NCBI GenBank assembly: GCA_951406725.2
Contig: OX597837.1
Coordinates: forward strand, 46,128,001 to 46,192,000
Direction of reading: 5' to 3'
Length of the DNA stretch: 64,000 bases
Origin: Octopus vulgaris
Taxonomy: Eukaryota
Shown here: positions 50,154 through 63,249 of the stretch, in pieces
Position numbering within the stretch: the first letter of the stretch is position 1
Layout: every line of letters starts with the position of its first letter
Made by a program: the position numbers and the translations under genes
Notes under the pieces: model-generated
The model's database searches: none
What the model saw: the letters and a program-made list of their open reading frames with translations, nothing else
What the model was told of the DNA's origin: nothing

Positions 50154-53100
50154 AGGCCTCAAATTTGGCGAGGGCTGAGTCAATTAAACAAGTCGGTACT
50201 TTATTTTATCGGCATCTTCCCTGCCTAGAAGAATGAAAAGCAAAGTTGGCTTCCACTGGATTTGATCTCACAACGTAAAAATCCGTAAATACCGTGTATT
50301 GCTACAGAATAATAGTTATAATAAGACTAGGTTTTCAAATATGTTCTTCATTTTTAAGTAACAGAGTGTGTGATTTAAGGGGGATTTTGCTGCTATTTCT
50401 CCACGGGTTCGTGATAATAAACAAAAATTAGTTGTCGTCGAAGTACTGAATTTCAGTGACATAACCCTCAGATCATACCTATCGTCTAACATAAGAAAAC
50501 ACATTAGGTTATTACGGCCTTATGAATCCAGGTTAAAAAATCAAAAGGGTTTTGTCTGGATCCCATAAATTAATTGACTTTATTACTGTGACTTTATTAC
50601 CGGTCACCAGTCTGATATACCTCTAAAAACAGGATGATCATAACTGGAGTGTCTTTTATTACTTGTCTGATGGATCATAAAAGATCTGGAGATAACCAAC
50701 TAGTAGTTATTAAACATTTGCCTGTCCAAAACATTTTCATAAATTTGTCCTAAACGTCCATGCTTGTTTTCAGACTTTCTTAGTTTTCCACTGTTTTCAT
50801 TCGTTCTGTGTAAAATAAAGCTTTCCTTTCACAAGTACAAAGTTACTTTAGTGACTCAAAAAAATCAGGAATGTGTATCATTATATAAATGCATGGACTC
50901 TAACGAAAGTTGTCCTCTGTATCACATTTGAACAAGCTCTTGGAAAAGGAACGAAAATCAAAACTTGTGCTTTTCCCTATTATTGTATAGTTAATGGAGT
51001 TTAACCCTCTGTCTTATAATCTGCTTTGTGTGATACCTTCTAAATCGCACATTAGTTTTCTGATAAAGGCAGAGGGCCTCAAATTTGGACGAGGCATCCA
51101 AGAGGAAAAACATGTCATAGGCCTAACTTCCACAAATGGCCGATATAAATTGTCCTTGTGTTACCAATTGTGTCTTGTACGTTGATATGAACGACTTCAA
51201 ATATTTGTTTATTTACGCCAATTATCATTTATGGTATTTAAATGGAATTTCGTTCAGTGTTGCCATATTGACTCCAGTACTTAAGTTGTTAATTATTCTA
51301 ATTAAACGTAATATTGCTACCGATAAATAGACGTTTGTATTATTATTATTAAACTCTCTGCATTCACCATTAAAAAAAACTTTGGATCTTTTACCAATAT
51401 ACGAAGTTTAAAAGTGTTTAGTTACAAAGAAATTATTTTAAAAATCTGCCGGTCAAAGTGAAAAGATCAAAAACTATAGAAACTAACAATCGCATTTGAG
51501 TTTATTAAAACTATTTATTTATTATTTTAAAATATAATCAAATGAGTCAACTCTATTTTGTAAAACGATGGCCACAATCTTCTATCGATTCACTCAGAAT
51601 TTTTTGCATCCAAGCAAACGTTTCCATCTCACTAGCTCTAATATAAGGGATGCTCATTTTGGCAGTTTCCATAGGATTACTAATATAGTATGAGTGGAAT
51701 ATGTATGGTTCCAGTAATACCGTTGATCATGGTAATCTTTTACAGGGTCTAGAGGAGTTATACCAATATCGTATGGAACCTTCCTAACCTTTCTCAAGGC
51801 GATGTTCATGTCTACAACGATGTCGACTCCAAGAACGACGAAGATACATTTAACATTTCATGTGTTAAATGTTTCATAAAACTCTGCTCAAAAATAACAT
51901 AATATAAACTTTAATTTTAAGCTATTTATATTTTCTGTGTAGACATTGTTTTGCTTTTAAAATGCTGTACTAGAATACATAATTACACTATATATGAATA
52001 ATTTTTATTGTCAGTAAATTTTCAAATGCATATTGCCATATTTGTGGTACTATATTGAAAAATGAGTATTTTTTTCTGTCGGATGCCAAATAAACAGAAA
52101 AACAGTTTAGTAAAGTCACATGCGCTTTGTCTTTGAAAAAATTGGCCCAACGCAAAATTCCAGCAAGCTTGATGCAAAAATTTGGCCTACATCTTGGAAC
52201 ATGCCTTCTTTTAAGACAACCATCATGGCACCATTTCATTCCTCCTAATTTCGAGCTGGTAGAATCGTTAGCGCGTCGGACAAAATAATTAGCATCAGTT
52301 CTTCTGGCTTTTAACGTTCTGAGTTCAAATCCCACCTAATTCGACTTTGCCTTTCATCCTTTCAGGGTCGATAAAATAAGTACCAGTTACGCACTGGGGT
52401 CGATGTAATCGATTTACTCCTCTCCTCTAAACTGGCTGGTTTTGTGCTAAATTACTTTCTTTTTAATGTTATACACATTCATAACATGTTTAGAGAATGT
52501 TGCCCGTGATTGAGGGAAGCCATTTTTCTTGTTGAGATATTTCTTGAGGGGAAATAACAGCCAAAAGAATACCAAGAATTTATGACGCAACGTCAAGAAT
52601 ACAAAGGTTAGAATTGGGTCCCTAAGCTTGTGAGATTCCCGGGATAACTTCCCAATGTACCCATACTTTAAGAAGGATCCGTGCCTAATCTAATAACAAC
52701 CATTCAGTACGAGAATTACCCAAGCAACACTCAGTAGAACCATTCTGCAACACACAGCTGAGTTCACAACATACGCTAGGGCCTTAAAAAAAGGGCATAT
52801 TGAATAACGTGACCCTTGATAATGCCATATCTTTTTATCTTTTATTTTTTACTTGTTTTAGTCATTAGATTGTGGCCACGCTGCAGCACTGCCTTGAAGG
52901 ATTTTTAGCCGAACAAATCACACCTTGTTTTAAAGCCTGATACTTATTCTATTGGTTTAAGTTATGGGAGCGTAAACAAACCAACTCCGGTTGCCAAGCA
53001 GTGGGGGAAGAAATACAAAGGCATACACACACATTCACTTATATGTATGCATATACAACGAGCTTCCACACAGTTTCCATCTACCAAATTCTCTCACAAA

Positions 53101-53429
53101 GCATTGACTGGACCGGGGTTATGGTAGAAGACACTTCCCCAAAATGCTGCTCAGTGGGAGCGAACCCGAAACCGCTTTTTAATTGCATAGCCGTGCCAAT
53201 ACCTAAAGGAAGAAAAATACCGGATGGCCACGGCCGGAATACATATGATCATAAGTCTGCAGGATCAGAACAGACCCGGGCCTAAATTACAAGTTTTATT
53301 TTATTTTCACCTTGTATTTTCTTTTTAACAGTTCTTTCACTTCTTTAATGAAATATTCAAAGTTTTTTCTTAAAATAAAAAGAAAAGAATTTCTTTATAT
53401 TCATTAAAAAATTTCCAGAATATAGTCGA

Positions 53430-53550
53430 CCATTGAAGACAGGAAAGATTTCATTCAGTCATTGAGCAGCAGACGACAAAGAACGTCGTCTGCAACGTCG
53501 TCTGCTGCGATAAGACGCTCGCTTCACACACGGAACACTTTCTTTCTCTT

Positions 53551-53589
<39 letters not shown>

Positions 53590-54064
53590 CACACACACAT
53601 GTAATACATATGCAAATACATATGTATGTGCTCTCTCACACAAACACACACATACACACACTCTCTCTCCCTCTCTTTTCCTTCCCCCCTCTCTCTCCCT
53701 AGCGTTTCCTCTCCCCTTTCTCTCTCTCTCCCCCTCTTTCTCCCCCTCTCTCTCATACTCTTATATACATCCATTCCTCTCCCAGATGAATTAATATAAA
53801 CATCGTGAAATCTTTGCTGGAAGAATAAAGACCGACAAGAAACAATCTGATAAGCTCCACATCTCAGCCTAGACATATACAGATACTTATAACTTCATAT
53901 ATATATATATATCTATATATCTACATCTTACAGCCATTCTTACACAAACTGCCACACACAGAATATCAGACGAATTGAACAACGAAGATCAAATGTGAAA
54001 CCTCGAATCAAAGACCCAGTTTTTTTTTGTCCCCTTGATCCCTACAAACTTTTAAAACGTCAAA
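53430..54064 (+). promoter_or_regulatory. Candidate promoter and non-coding first exon of the IHO1-like gene
   Basis: Local CpG cluster (AACGTCGTCTGC twice, GACGCTCGC) in CpG-poor DNA, CT-rich leader, strong donor AAA|GTAAGT at 54065; next strong acceptor found is 57701. Confidence 0.5.
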
Positions 54065-54099
54065 GTAAGTTATACGTCCTCTCCCTCTTCACCCACCAT

Positions 54100-54210
54100 C
54101 CATCTGTCTGTCTGTCTGTCTGTTTACCTAACGATCTATACATCTATCCATCTATCTGTCTGTCTATCTATCTATCTGTCTGTCTTTCTGTCTGTCTGTC
54201 TGTCTATCTA

Positions 54211-54245
<35 letters not shown>

Positions 54246-54538
54246 GTCTGTCTGTCTATCTGTCTGTCTGTCTATCTATCTGTCTGTCTATCTATCTGTC
54301 TGTCTATCTGTCTGTCTATCTATCTATCTGTCTGTCTATCTATCTGTCTGTCTGTCTGTCTATCTATCTGTCTGTCTATCTATCTATCTATCTATCTATC
54401 TGTCTGTCTATCTATCTGTCTGTCTATCTATCTGTCTGTCTGTCTATCTATCTGTCTGTCTATCTATCTATCTATCTATCTATCTGTCTGTCTATCTATC
54501 TATCTGTATATCTATCTGTCTATGTATCTATCTATCTG
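54100..54538. repeat. Compound (TCTA)n/(TCTG)n tetranucleotide microsatellite
   Basis: Direct inspection; explains the 214-aa [11 protein letters not shown]. Confidence 0.95.
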
Positions 54539-54714
54539 ACCAAAGCCTTATGCCTGGATTTGGTAGATGGAAACTGAAAGAAGCCTGCCATATGTGTGTA
54601 TGTCATTATTCAGTTTATTACAAGATTTCTTGTCAATAGAGAAAGAACTGGTTTTTAACCTAGATCCAAGGCTCCTTCATTGGAATTTCAACATCAACAA
54701 CAGGGTATTTTTGT

Positions 54715-55185
54715 TTGTTTGTATGTATGTATGTATGTATGTATGTATGTATGTATGTATGTGCAGATTTGTATGTTTTATATATGTATTCTCATGCATG
54801 TAGTTGCATATCTAGACATGTTCATATATATTTAAATGATAAACTTTTGGAAAGTTTTACAGATTTTTACAGTTCCAGTGATGGATTGGATCCGTAGTCT
54901 TTGAATTACCTTTCTCTTGGTTTTGAGAAGCCTATTTTCTCAAGATTGGTATTTAGGCAGTGTGTTACATATCCCAGGGTCACAATAATTACAGGTATAA
55001 ACCTGAACTTGTAATCAGGCTAGAGTAACTGCAGATTTATCAATAGTTCATCATAGGTCTTCTCTTTTTCACTGATCTTCAGCTTTATGTTAACATCTGC
55101 TCGGCAGCTAATTTCCTCAACTGTGCACAGTTTCTCTTTATCCTAAATCATTATATCAGGTCTGTTGTGCTAACGTTGTATCAGG
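54715..55185 (-). mobile_element. Second R4/Dong-like LINE 3' end with (TACA)n tail
   Basis: Minus translation HNRPDIMI..EKLCTVEEISCRADVNIKLKISEKE..YKFRFIPVII..GTVKICKTFQKF followed by a short UTR and (ATAC)n. Confidence 0.8.
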
Positions 55186-56429
55186 TCTGTTGTGCCCAAG
55201 AGTGTAGTGAGTGCCTCTTACATGTCAGATGCCTTTGTGTGTCACCAGCATGGGTGCCTTCTAAGTGTCTCTGGCACAGGTGCCTTTTACATTACAAAAG
55301 TTCTTTAGGTATAGCGGGAAACAAGACTGTATATTACTGCCACTATGGAATCAGTCGAGGTAGAAGAGACCATCTGGATTAAAATGAGCCTATGGTAGTG
55401 AATGTCAGGGTTAAAAATAGCTAAGGTAGGCCCAAATTTGCATATGCAACCCATGGGGGATGTTTTGAGCCATTTCCTTGGGATAAAGTGCATCTTATAT
55501 ACCATCAAATACATTAATTCCAACTATGTCACGGTTACAATTAGACAATAGTTTTGGTTTGCTTGGACTTTGGTTACAGATATTTTAGCCTGTTTAGTAT
55601 TTAGATTTCACAGGTTTGACTCGGTATGAAAGAGGTCATAATTTAAACTCTTTAGCTCCAAGATGATTTAAGACTTTAACTAGTGTACCATAAATATTGC
55701 ATATATATTCTTTGGTAGTGTACAAGTATATAGGCAAACTAACTTTTATGTCATACAATCCAGTCAAGATGGACACTTATGTTATCTAAGCAATTACTAT
55801 GACTGGACACATTTTTGAGGATAATTAAAGAAAAAAAAATCATTATTACTTTAACCATCTCATGGTTCATAAACGGTTAGATTGTATAATATGTATGGAG
55901 ATGTGATCTTAGATTCCATCTACATGTAGTGAGTGACTTTAATCGTTTGGAATTCAGATTATTCTGTCAAAAGTAATGTTTATTTATTAAAATTGTTTTG
56001 AATTAATCCTGTATTATTTCATAGGCAAAGATTTCAATGATACGATTGTATATATTTAGAATGACATTGTAGGGTATTTGTAAGAGGTCAGATCAGGCAG
56101 ATTTGAACACAAAATGTTTGGGCCGGATACGGCTGGTTTAAATGAGTTAAAGCAAAAATCAGGATGACAGAACTCTTTCCACTTCTGAGAAAGATTGTAA
56201 GAGCTACAAAATATGGAAGTTAAGCTCATGTGAGCAACCTGCTTAAGGATCTCGAATTCATTGTTACTACAAGCAGACATAGTATATCTAAGAGGTACAC
56301 TTGGTTCTACACACCCCTGTTCATTTCTTCTCTTCTGAAATCCGGAGCTGGTGAAAAGAGAGGGAGACTGTCCTCTCAACCAATATGCTGCCTTGGGTGC
56401 CATAGGATGATGGACTCTGGTGATGATGT

Positions 56430-56960
56430 TATTTCACGCTTCCCAATCCAAGGTGCTGGCCTTAGCATTCTTGAGGTCAAGATGCTGCAACTTCAGGTCT
56501 TCCTAAATTTGTTTTGCCCATGTCTTCCTTGGTGTGCTGTACTGGATTTTCCAGTGCATGGGACACTGCTTCCACAGAAGTCGATGTGGTCATCTTCTGG
56601 TGTTCATCTTGCAGTTGTGGCCAAACTACTGTAGCCTATGCTGCCAGACTTGGTCTTCAATGGTCAACTGCTGCTGGCATTGATCCTGGATGTTGTTGTC
56701 TGAGATTCAGTCATGTAGAGCGACACAAAGGATCTGATAAAGGCACTGCATTTGGAACACCTCAAGCTTGTTCAGGTCCCCATTTGAGGATGATCCAGGT
56801 CTGAGCACTGTAGAGGGTGACAGGCAGAACCAGTATGTGAAAAAGATGGATCTTGGACTTTAGGGAGATGTTGGACTTCTTCCAGACACACCATTAAAGG
56901 GATGCAAACACAGAAATTGCAGACCTAATTTAGCAGTAGAATCTCTGTTGTTCATTTAAT
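56430..56960 (-). mobile_element. Old RTE-like LINE RT C-terminal fragment
   Basis: VWKKSNISLKSKIHLFHILVLPVTLYSAQTW resembles the RTE KxxL(Y/F)xxxVxPxLLYGxETW motif. Confidence 0.65.
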
Positions 56961-57751
56961 TATCAGTAGTGATCAATGCTAGATATACCTATGAGCCAAT
57001 GGGGGAGCCCCTGTGTGCTCTTTTGACCTGCTAGAAACATCAGTCAAATCTCCTTCAAATCTCACCTTGCCATCTTAGAACAGGACATAATTGAGAATGA
57101 GGCCTAAGTTCTCTGTACAAAGGTAAAATATGAATATTTTATGGAATTAATCGTAAACCTATTGGGTTATTCCTGAAAACTTTATCCGAAAAGCCTGTGT
57201 TGTGTCTGTATCAAAAGATAGTTGCTCACCTGCAATTCATTGAAAAGTGAAGGAAATTGGAATACAACGATTACTTAATTCACTTTATATATATACTTTA
57301 TGAGCTGGTCACACTAAGAATGTCTTTGATCATAGGTCTGCTCTAACCAGCTGACCTTTGGCTAAACAACAACAACCCCTAAATATATTTAGGAATGTTA
57401 TCAGAAACAATAGGCTGATGTTCTTATAGTCATTGTTTAACTTTTAAGTCAGTCCTGAATGAGCAGACTTATGATCAAAGACATTCCAGCCATGGCCATC
57501 CCGTCTTTTTGTATGTATTGAACTATATTCTCCAACGTTTTCTTATTTTTATGATGTTAAGAAATAATTTGAGGGACATTTGGCTGCTATTTCTAACAGA
57601 TGGACTATGTAAATACACCTTTATATAGCTCATTAGGCCAATGCATGTGTTTATTATGTTTCCGTTTAACATTATAAAATAATTTTTTTTCTTTTTTTCA
57701 GCTTTTCTCGAAGACATTCAGGAAACCTGCCTTTATACTTAAAAAAGCACA

Positions 57752-57792
57752 ATGCTTCTAAATCATATTAAGTCAAAAGATTTATTTTCCAA
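57752..57792 (+). CDS. IHO1: IHO1-like coding exon 1 (MLLNHIKSKDLFS); exon starts at 57702
   Basis: Long poly-T tract and CAG acceptor at 57699-57701, in-frame upstream TAA at 57740, ACAATG start, GTAAGT donor at 57793. Confidence 0.7.
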
Positions 57793-60700
57793 GTAAGTTC
57801 CAGAGATAGCATTTTTCCAAGATTTATTTATATGCATACACGAGTAAATGTGTGTTTATGAGTGCATATAAAAATGCATGTGAGTTTTTCTGTGCACCTG
57901 TTTATTATTATTATTATTGAGTGAGAGAGACCAGCACACTGGGCTACAAATGTACGAAGCCCAATTCATCCATCATGGCTACTTGTCTGATAAGGGTATA
58001 CCAGGCACATGCATCACAACCATATTTACACATAGCTATGATGCTCCCACTCTACTGCTTATGACCAGAGGTTTACATATCGTTAGACACTAAGGGACAT
58101 GCTCAGCTGGTTACGGTCAAGCAATTCACTAACAGATCTGTGGTATTGAATTATTTTGCTGTTGTCCGTCTTTTATACCAAGACAAAACATGTACATGAT
58201 AAGACTTCCAATTGGTTAATACCACAAGCCATTTTTACACGGCACCAGGATGGGTGCTTCTATGGGGCACCAACATGGATGGTTTTTACAAGGTGCCAGC
58301 ACAGGTGCTTTTTATGCAGCCCCAGCACAGATACTCTTTACATGGACCCAGCTTGGAAGCTTTTTAGGGGAACCAGCACAGGTGCCCTTTTTTACATGGC
58401 ACCAGCAAGCATGTAGGAATATACACATGCAGATAGAGAGGGAGTAAGAGAGAGAACAAGAGGGTGAGAGACATTATAATTTACCAAGTGCACATGATTG
58501 ACATAAACACTTTCCCTCTCCTCATACACAGAAAGTGAAATATACTCACACATATACTGAGAGAGAGAGAGGTGAGAAGGGAGGGAGAGAAGAAGAGAAA
58601 TATCAAAATGTCTGTCAAACCATCGATGCCAAATTGGTGCCAAAATGTCTCTAGCCACAGTCTCATGCTGATTCAAGTATTGTTAATAAAACTGGGTTGA
58701 CTGTTGCTTCTTTGCAAGGTTGTCACAAGATTAGGAAGCATTGACCACAGTGACCCTTAACTTAATAAATACCAGCTCTCCCTCAGCCCCCAGATTTTCA
58801 TGAAACTTTTGTCCTCCCCACTCTTTTTTATTTACTGATAGATTGATAGAATAGAGTTACATAATTCTTCTTTCTTCACTATGATGATTTATAAGTTTAA
58901 AAAGTTTAAAATGGTTTTAATTTTATTGAAAATAAATTCAGTTATTTGCGGCCCTCAAAGGATGGTGAAAAGGGCTGCTCTTATCCACTGTGAGGTCAGT
59001 TTGGGCTGTGTCTAGCATGGCCACAGTCCAATGACTGAAGCAAGTAAAAGATAAGAACCATTTTTATAAACAATTCCAAAATATTAAAACTTTTTCATTT
59101 CTTTTGCAGTTATTCAGATGAGAAAGGAGGAGAATCAGGGTTTGGCAGTCAAAATTCTCTATTTCAAAACTCTGAAAATGACAATTATTCTCAGGACTTC
59201 CTTACTGAACAATATCCAAGTCAGGTAGCTGTCATCATAATTATTCTTAGCACTGTCATCATCGTCATCATTGTCGTTGTCGTCGTCGTCATCACCTGTG
59301 TTATCATCAGTATTGTTAGTGTTGTTGTCATTGCCATCATCATCACCATGATCATCATTGTTATGTTCACCAGTGTTATCATTATCATTATTGTCATCAT
59401 CATCGTCATCGTTATTAACATCTTTATTACATTATGATCATGTGTTGTCATCATCAGTGTTGTCATTGTAATCACTGTCATAATCATCATCAATGTCACT
59501 AATGTTAATTATTATCTGTTTGAGGGTTTATTGCCTGTTATCATCTTTTCTCCACGCTAGCATTACTTGAATGTGTCTGTAATATAATACAATTCCATGT
59601 CTATATAGTCTGGTACCGGAGCAAATTGGCTACTTGTGATTCTTTCTACTATAATGAATCCAATATTTGGATGCATTATGAGTTTAATATCATCAATATT
59701 TAAAGTATGTCTCTCTCCATAATAAAGAGGTGAGCTAGCAGAATCATTGCCACAGCCGAGAAAATGCTCTTTACTCTCTTAATTCAAATGCTGCCAAGGC
59801 CAACTTTGTCTCTCGTCCTTTTGGGGCTGATAAAATCAGTAGCAGTCAAGTACTAGGGTTGATGTAATTGACTTTTGTCTCTCCCCTTAGAATTACTGGC
59901 CTTGTGTCAAAATTAGAAAGAATATTTCTCACTCTCCGGCAGCATGCTGTGTCCTTGAGCAAGACACTTTATTTCATGTCTCATTACTCCTGTCCACTCA
60001 GCTGCAAAAAGGGAGTTGTACCTGTAATTCAATGGGGGGGGGGGCCAACCTTGTCACATTTTGTGTCATGTTGAATCACCTTCAGAACTGCATTAAGGGC
60101 ATGCTTGGTTGTGGAGTACTCAGCCACTTTCCCATTAATTTCATGAGCAGGCTGTTCTGTTGATCGCATCAACTGGAATCCTTGCCACCATAACTGATGG
60201 AGTGGTCAGCTGTTCTTTTTAATGCACACACACACACATATATATAACAGTGAATAAAATATAGTCATCATCATCATCACCGTCATCATTTAACAACCAC
60301 GGTTTGCATGGATTGATGGATTTGGATGACTTGCTACAGTCAGAGTCAGCTTTCAATCAAGGGGTTCTGCCCACCTAGATTGGTGAGGGGCTTCATTCTG
60401 CACATGTTGAGTTTCTGGCTTAGTTTCTATGGCTCGATGACCTTCTTAACACCAACCCCCTTTACAGAATGTACTGGAAGCATTTTTAATTTATTTTGGC
60501 ATCAGCACTAGACAGGTAACTATGTCCTCAACACAACTTAAAGGACCTCACAACCTCTGCTCATTCACCAGTCTCTTTACAGAATGAGAAGCATGAGTGT
60601 TAGAGGCATCAATGACGGTGATGAGAGGGATATGGAATTGGGAGAAGAGTGATAAGACTTCTTGGTATTCTAAGATATATTCAACCCTTCAGCATTTAAA

Positions 60701-63192
60701 CTGGCCATATCAGGCCCAAATGTCCTACTTGTTTTATGTTAAAACTAGCCAGACTTATGATCTTGGAGAAGATAAAGATGAATACCAATGTCCCATGTGA
60801 CAGGTTTGATAATTGCAGAGATTTCTCTCTGCATGAAACTAATGGTAGCCTCATTAACCCGCAAATAAAGTATGTAGGAAATTTATGTAGACAGGGGTGA
60901 AAAAAGTCATATCTTGAAGATTAAGTTAAAGAATGTAAGCAAAACAAACTTATTAAAATTTCAGACCCCTTTTTTATTTTCAAACTACACTTTATATTTT
61001 TTTAAATTCTTTTTTATTTCCCTGTTTTAGAGTATGAGGGTGTACCAGAAATATATGTGTGAGCCTCCTTTGTACAAAGCTTCTAATCAAATAGAACTAT
61101 CAAATAAAACACTCTCGGTTTGTAATCCACTGGAACACAACAGAATGAAACCAAAGAATCAAGATGATCGGTATTAGTAAAGTTTCTTAAACATTCTTCC
61201 CTTTTCTAAAACCATTATTTAAAAAAAAAACTTTTCTTATCAATTCTGTAATCAATGAGTTTTCTAGAATTTTTTTTTTCTATTTTAATTGAATGCTTGA
61301 TTGCTCTATATCACAAAGAAGTAACAACAACAGTTTTCATTTCTTTTTAAATATATCCATGCAGACATGTTTGTGTGGTTAAGAATCTCCCTTTGCAACC
61401 ACATGGCTTTAGGGCCAGTCCCAGTATATGGCACCTTGGTGGTTGTGGTGGTTAAGCCTCAGGTTGGTCCTGATTGAAGCAGTTTTTGTCCACTGAATTT
61501 CACTCACATGACTTTGGATGATCTGAAGCTGTAGCAAAAAGAAAAGGACTTGCCCCTAAAACACTCATCAGGACTTTTTGTACCAAACTCTGCTTCCAGA
61601 ACTTCTTAGACCTTAGGAAAAAAATGGGATGCTATTCCATGGAAACTTCATTTAATTTTCATAAAGGTGCACACACATTTCATTTTCCACCACCAGGTTG
61701 GAAAAAAGCATATCTTCTTTAGCTTCAAATGATTCCTACACATCAATACAAACTACCACACATCTCTCTTTCAAACTGGATATCAACTGTTGAGCTATCC
61801 ATCTTGCACACTTTTCAACACCCAATGTCTTCCACCATTTTCTCTAATGCATTGTGACCCCAATCCACTTGTGCAGCAAGTTCACATATTGTATGTCATC
61901 TGTATGCATGAATCCTCTTTTTTCACTTCTTGGTGATTTGTGAGGATTCATTCAAAGTTGATGGTTTCCCACCAAGTAGTTTGCCTTCAGTACTAGCTTC
62001 CCCGTCTTTAAACATTTTCATCAGTTTGTGCACATTGTACTTGTCAATGCCATCATCTTTTATAAACAACTTGTACAATCTTCTACATAGGGGTAGGAGT
62101 GACTGTGTGGTAAGTAGCTTGCTTACGAACCACATAGTTCCAGGTTCAGTCCCACTGCACAGCACCTTGGGCAAGTGTCTTCTACTATAGCCTCGGGCCA
62201 ACTAAAGCCTTGTGAGTGGATTTGGTAGACGGAAACTGAAAGAAGCCCGACGTGTGTGTGTATGTGTGTCTGTGTGTCTGTGTTTGTCCCCCCAACATCG
62301 CTTTGAAACCAATGCTGGTGTGTTTACGTCCCCGTAACTTACCAGTTTGGCAAAAGAGACCGATAGAATAAATACTAGGCTTACAAAGAACAAGTCCTGG
62401 GGTCAATTTGTTTGACTAAAGGTGGTGCTCCAGCAAAGCCACAGTCAAATGACTGAAACGAGTAAAAGAGAATCTTCTGTGAACAGCCTGCGATGGCACA
62501 ATGCTCCAGCTTGGAACCCAAAATTTATCTGCAATGTAGAAGAACTAGAAGAAGAATCCTTGATATCATCATCATCATCATTATCATCATTGGTACAGGT
62601 ATGGCTGTGTGGTAAGAAGTTTGCTTCCCAATTTCATAGTTCCAGGTTCAGTTCCACCATGTGGCATCTTGGGCAAGTATCTTCTACCATAGCCTTGGGC
62701 TAACCAAAGCCTTGTAAGTGGATCTGTTTGATGGAATCTGAAAGAAGCCTGTTGTGTGTGTGTGTGTGTGTGTGCATGTGTGCATGTCTTTGTGTATGTG
62801 TTTGCCCCCCCCCCCCACTTCTGCTTGACTATTGGAGTTAATGTGCTTACTTCCCCATAACTTAGCAGTTCAGCAAAAGAGAGTGATACCGTAAGGGCCA
62901 GGTTTTACTAATAGTAATAAGTACTAGAGTCAATAAGTTCGACCAACATTCCCCAAGGTTGTTTCGCAGCATGACTGCAGTCTAATGACTAAAACAAGTA
63001 AAAGATAAAAAAAAATAGGGCAAGTGGGATTGAACACAGAATCATGTGAGTGCAAAACAAACTCCTTAACCACACACCCATGAGTTCTCATCATTATTAT
63101 TATCATTTATGCTTTTTATTTTATTTTATCATCTATTTTACAGCCCCCTCATTAATACCATTGTAAATATTATGAAGGAGTCTTCAAATGAG
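57752..63192 (+). CDS. IHO1: 5' part of a probable IHO1/CCDC36 (Mer2/Rec15/PRD3-family) meiotic DSB factor; 4 coding exons, 115 aa in window, gene continues past 64000
   Basis: Exons 57752-57792, 59110-59224, 61031-61170 and 63144-63192 splice at GT-AG with phases 2,0,2,0 into a stop-free frame: MLLNHIKSKDLFSNYSDEKGGESGFGSQNSLFQNSENDNYSQDFLTEQYPSQSMRVYQKYMCEPPLYKASNQIELSNKTLSVCNPLEHNRMKPKNQDDRPLINTIVNIMKESSNE. Colinear similarity to remembered human IHO1 motifs (FGSQF..ENSE, IFTKYQTKPQLF, FEEKKKRAKDKCDSETLYNFVSNVRES). The gene model is more certain than the name. Confidence 0.68.
59110..59224 (+). CDS. IHO1: IHO1-like coding exon 2 (YSDEKGGESGFGSQ...EQYPSQ)
   Basis: ttttgcag acceptor, CAG|GTAGCT donor; open in the phase set by the previous exon; three SQ dipeptides. 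Confidence 0.72.
59230..59520. repeat. Degenerate (CAT/TGT)n trinucleotide tract
   Basis: Begins directly after the donor at 59225. Confidence 0.85.
61031..61170 (+). CDS. IHO1: IHO1-like coding exon 3 (SMRVYQKYMCEPPLY...KPKNQDD)
   Basis: Long pyrimidine tract and ttttag acceptor, GTATTA donor at 61171; open in phase 0; YxKYxxxPxL(Y/F) motif. Confidence 0.72.
61500..62085 (-). mobile_element. Highly degraded mariner-like transposase relic
   Basis: MFKDGEASTEGKLLGGKPST resembles mariner FKxGxxSxEDxPRxGRPST. Confidence 0.45.
63144..63192 (+). CDS. IHO1: IHO1-like coding exon 4, 49 nt (PLINTIVNIMKESSNE)
   Basis: ttttacag acceptor, GAG|GTCAGT donor; phase 2/0 matches; amphipathic helix consistent with the start of a coiled coil. 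Confidence 0.7.
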
Positions 63193-63249
63193 GTCAGTGA
63201 CCTTGTGTTTTATATTTTGAGTATGTGTAAGCACTGTGGCCTTTGTCAT

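Noticed and set aside
51555-51900. Coding-looking unique sequence on minus (KCIFVVLGVDIVVD... / ISNPMETAKMSIPY...)
   Set aside because: Needs a frameshift, splice sites give no consistent frame, and no homology recognised; at most a pseudogene or TE relic.
53995-54639. 214-aa [11 protein letters not shown]
   Set aside because: (TCTA/TCTG)n microsatellite.
59221-59499. Met/Thr/Ile-rich 92-aa minus ORF
   Set aside because: Degenerate (CAT)n tract in an intron.
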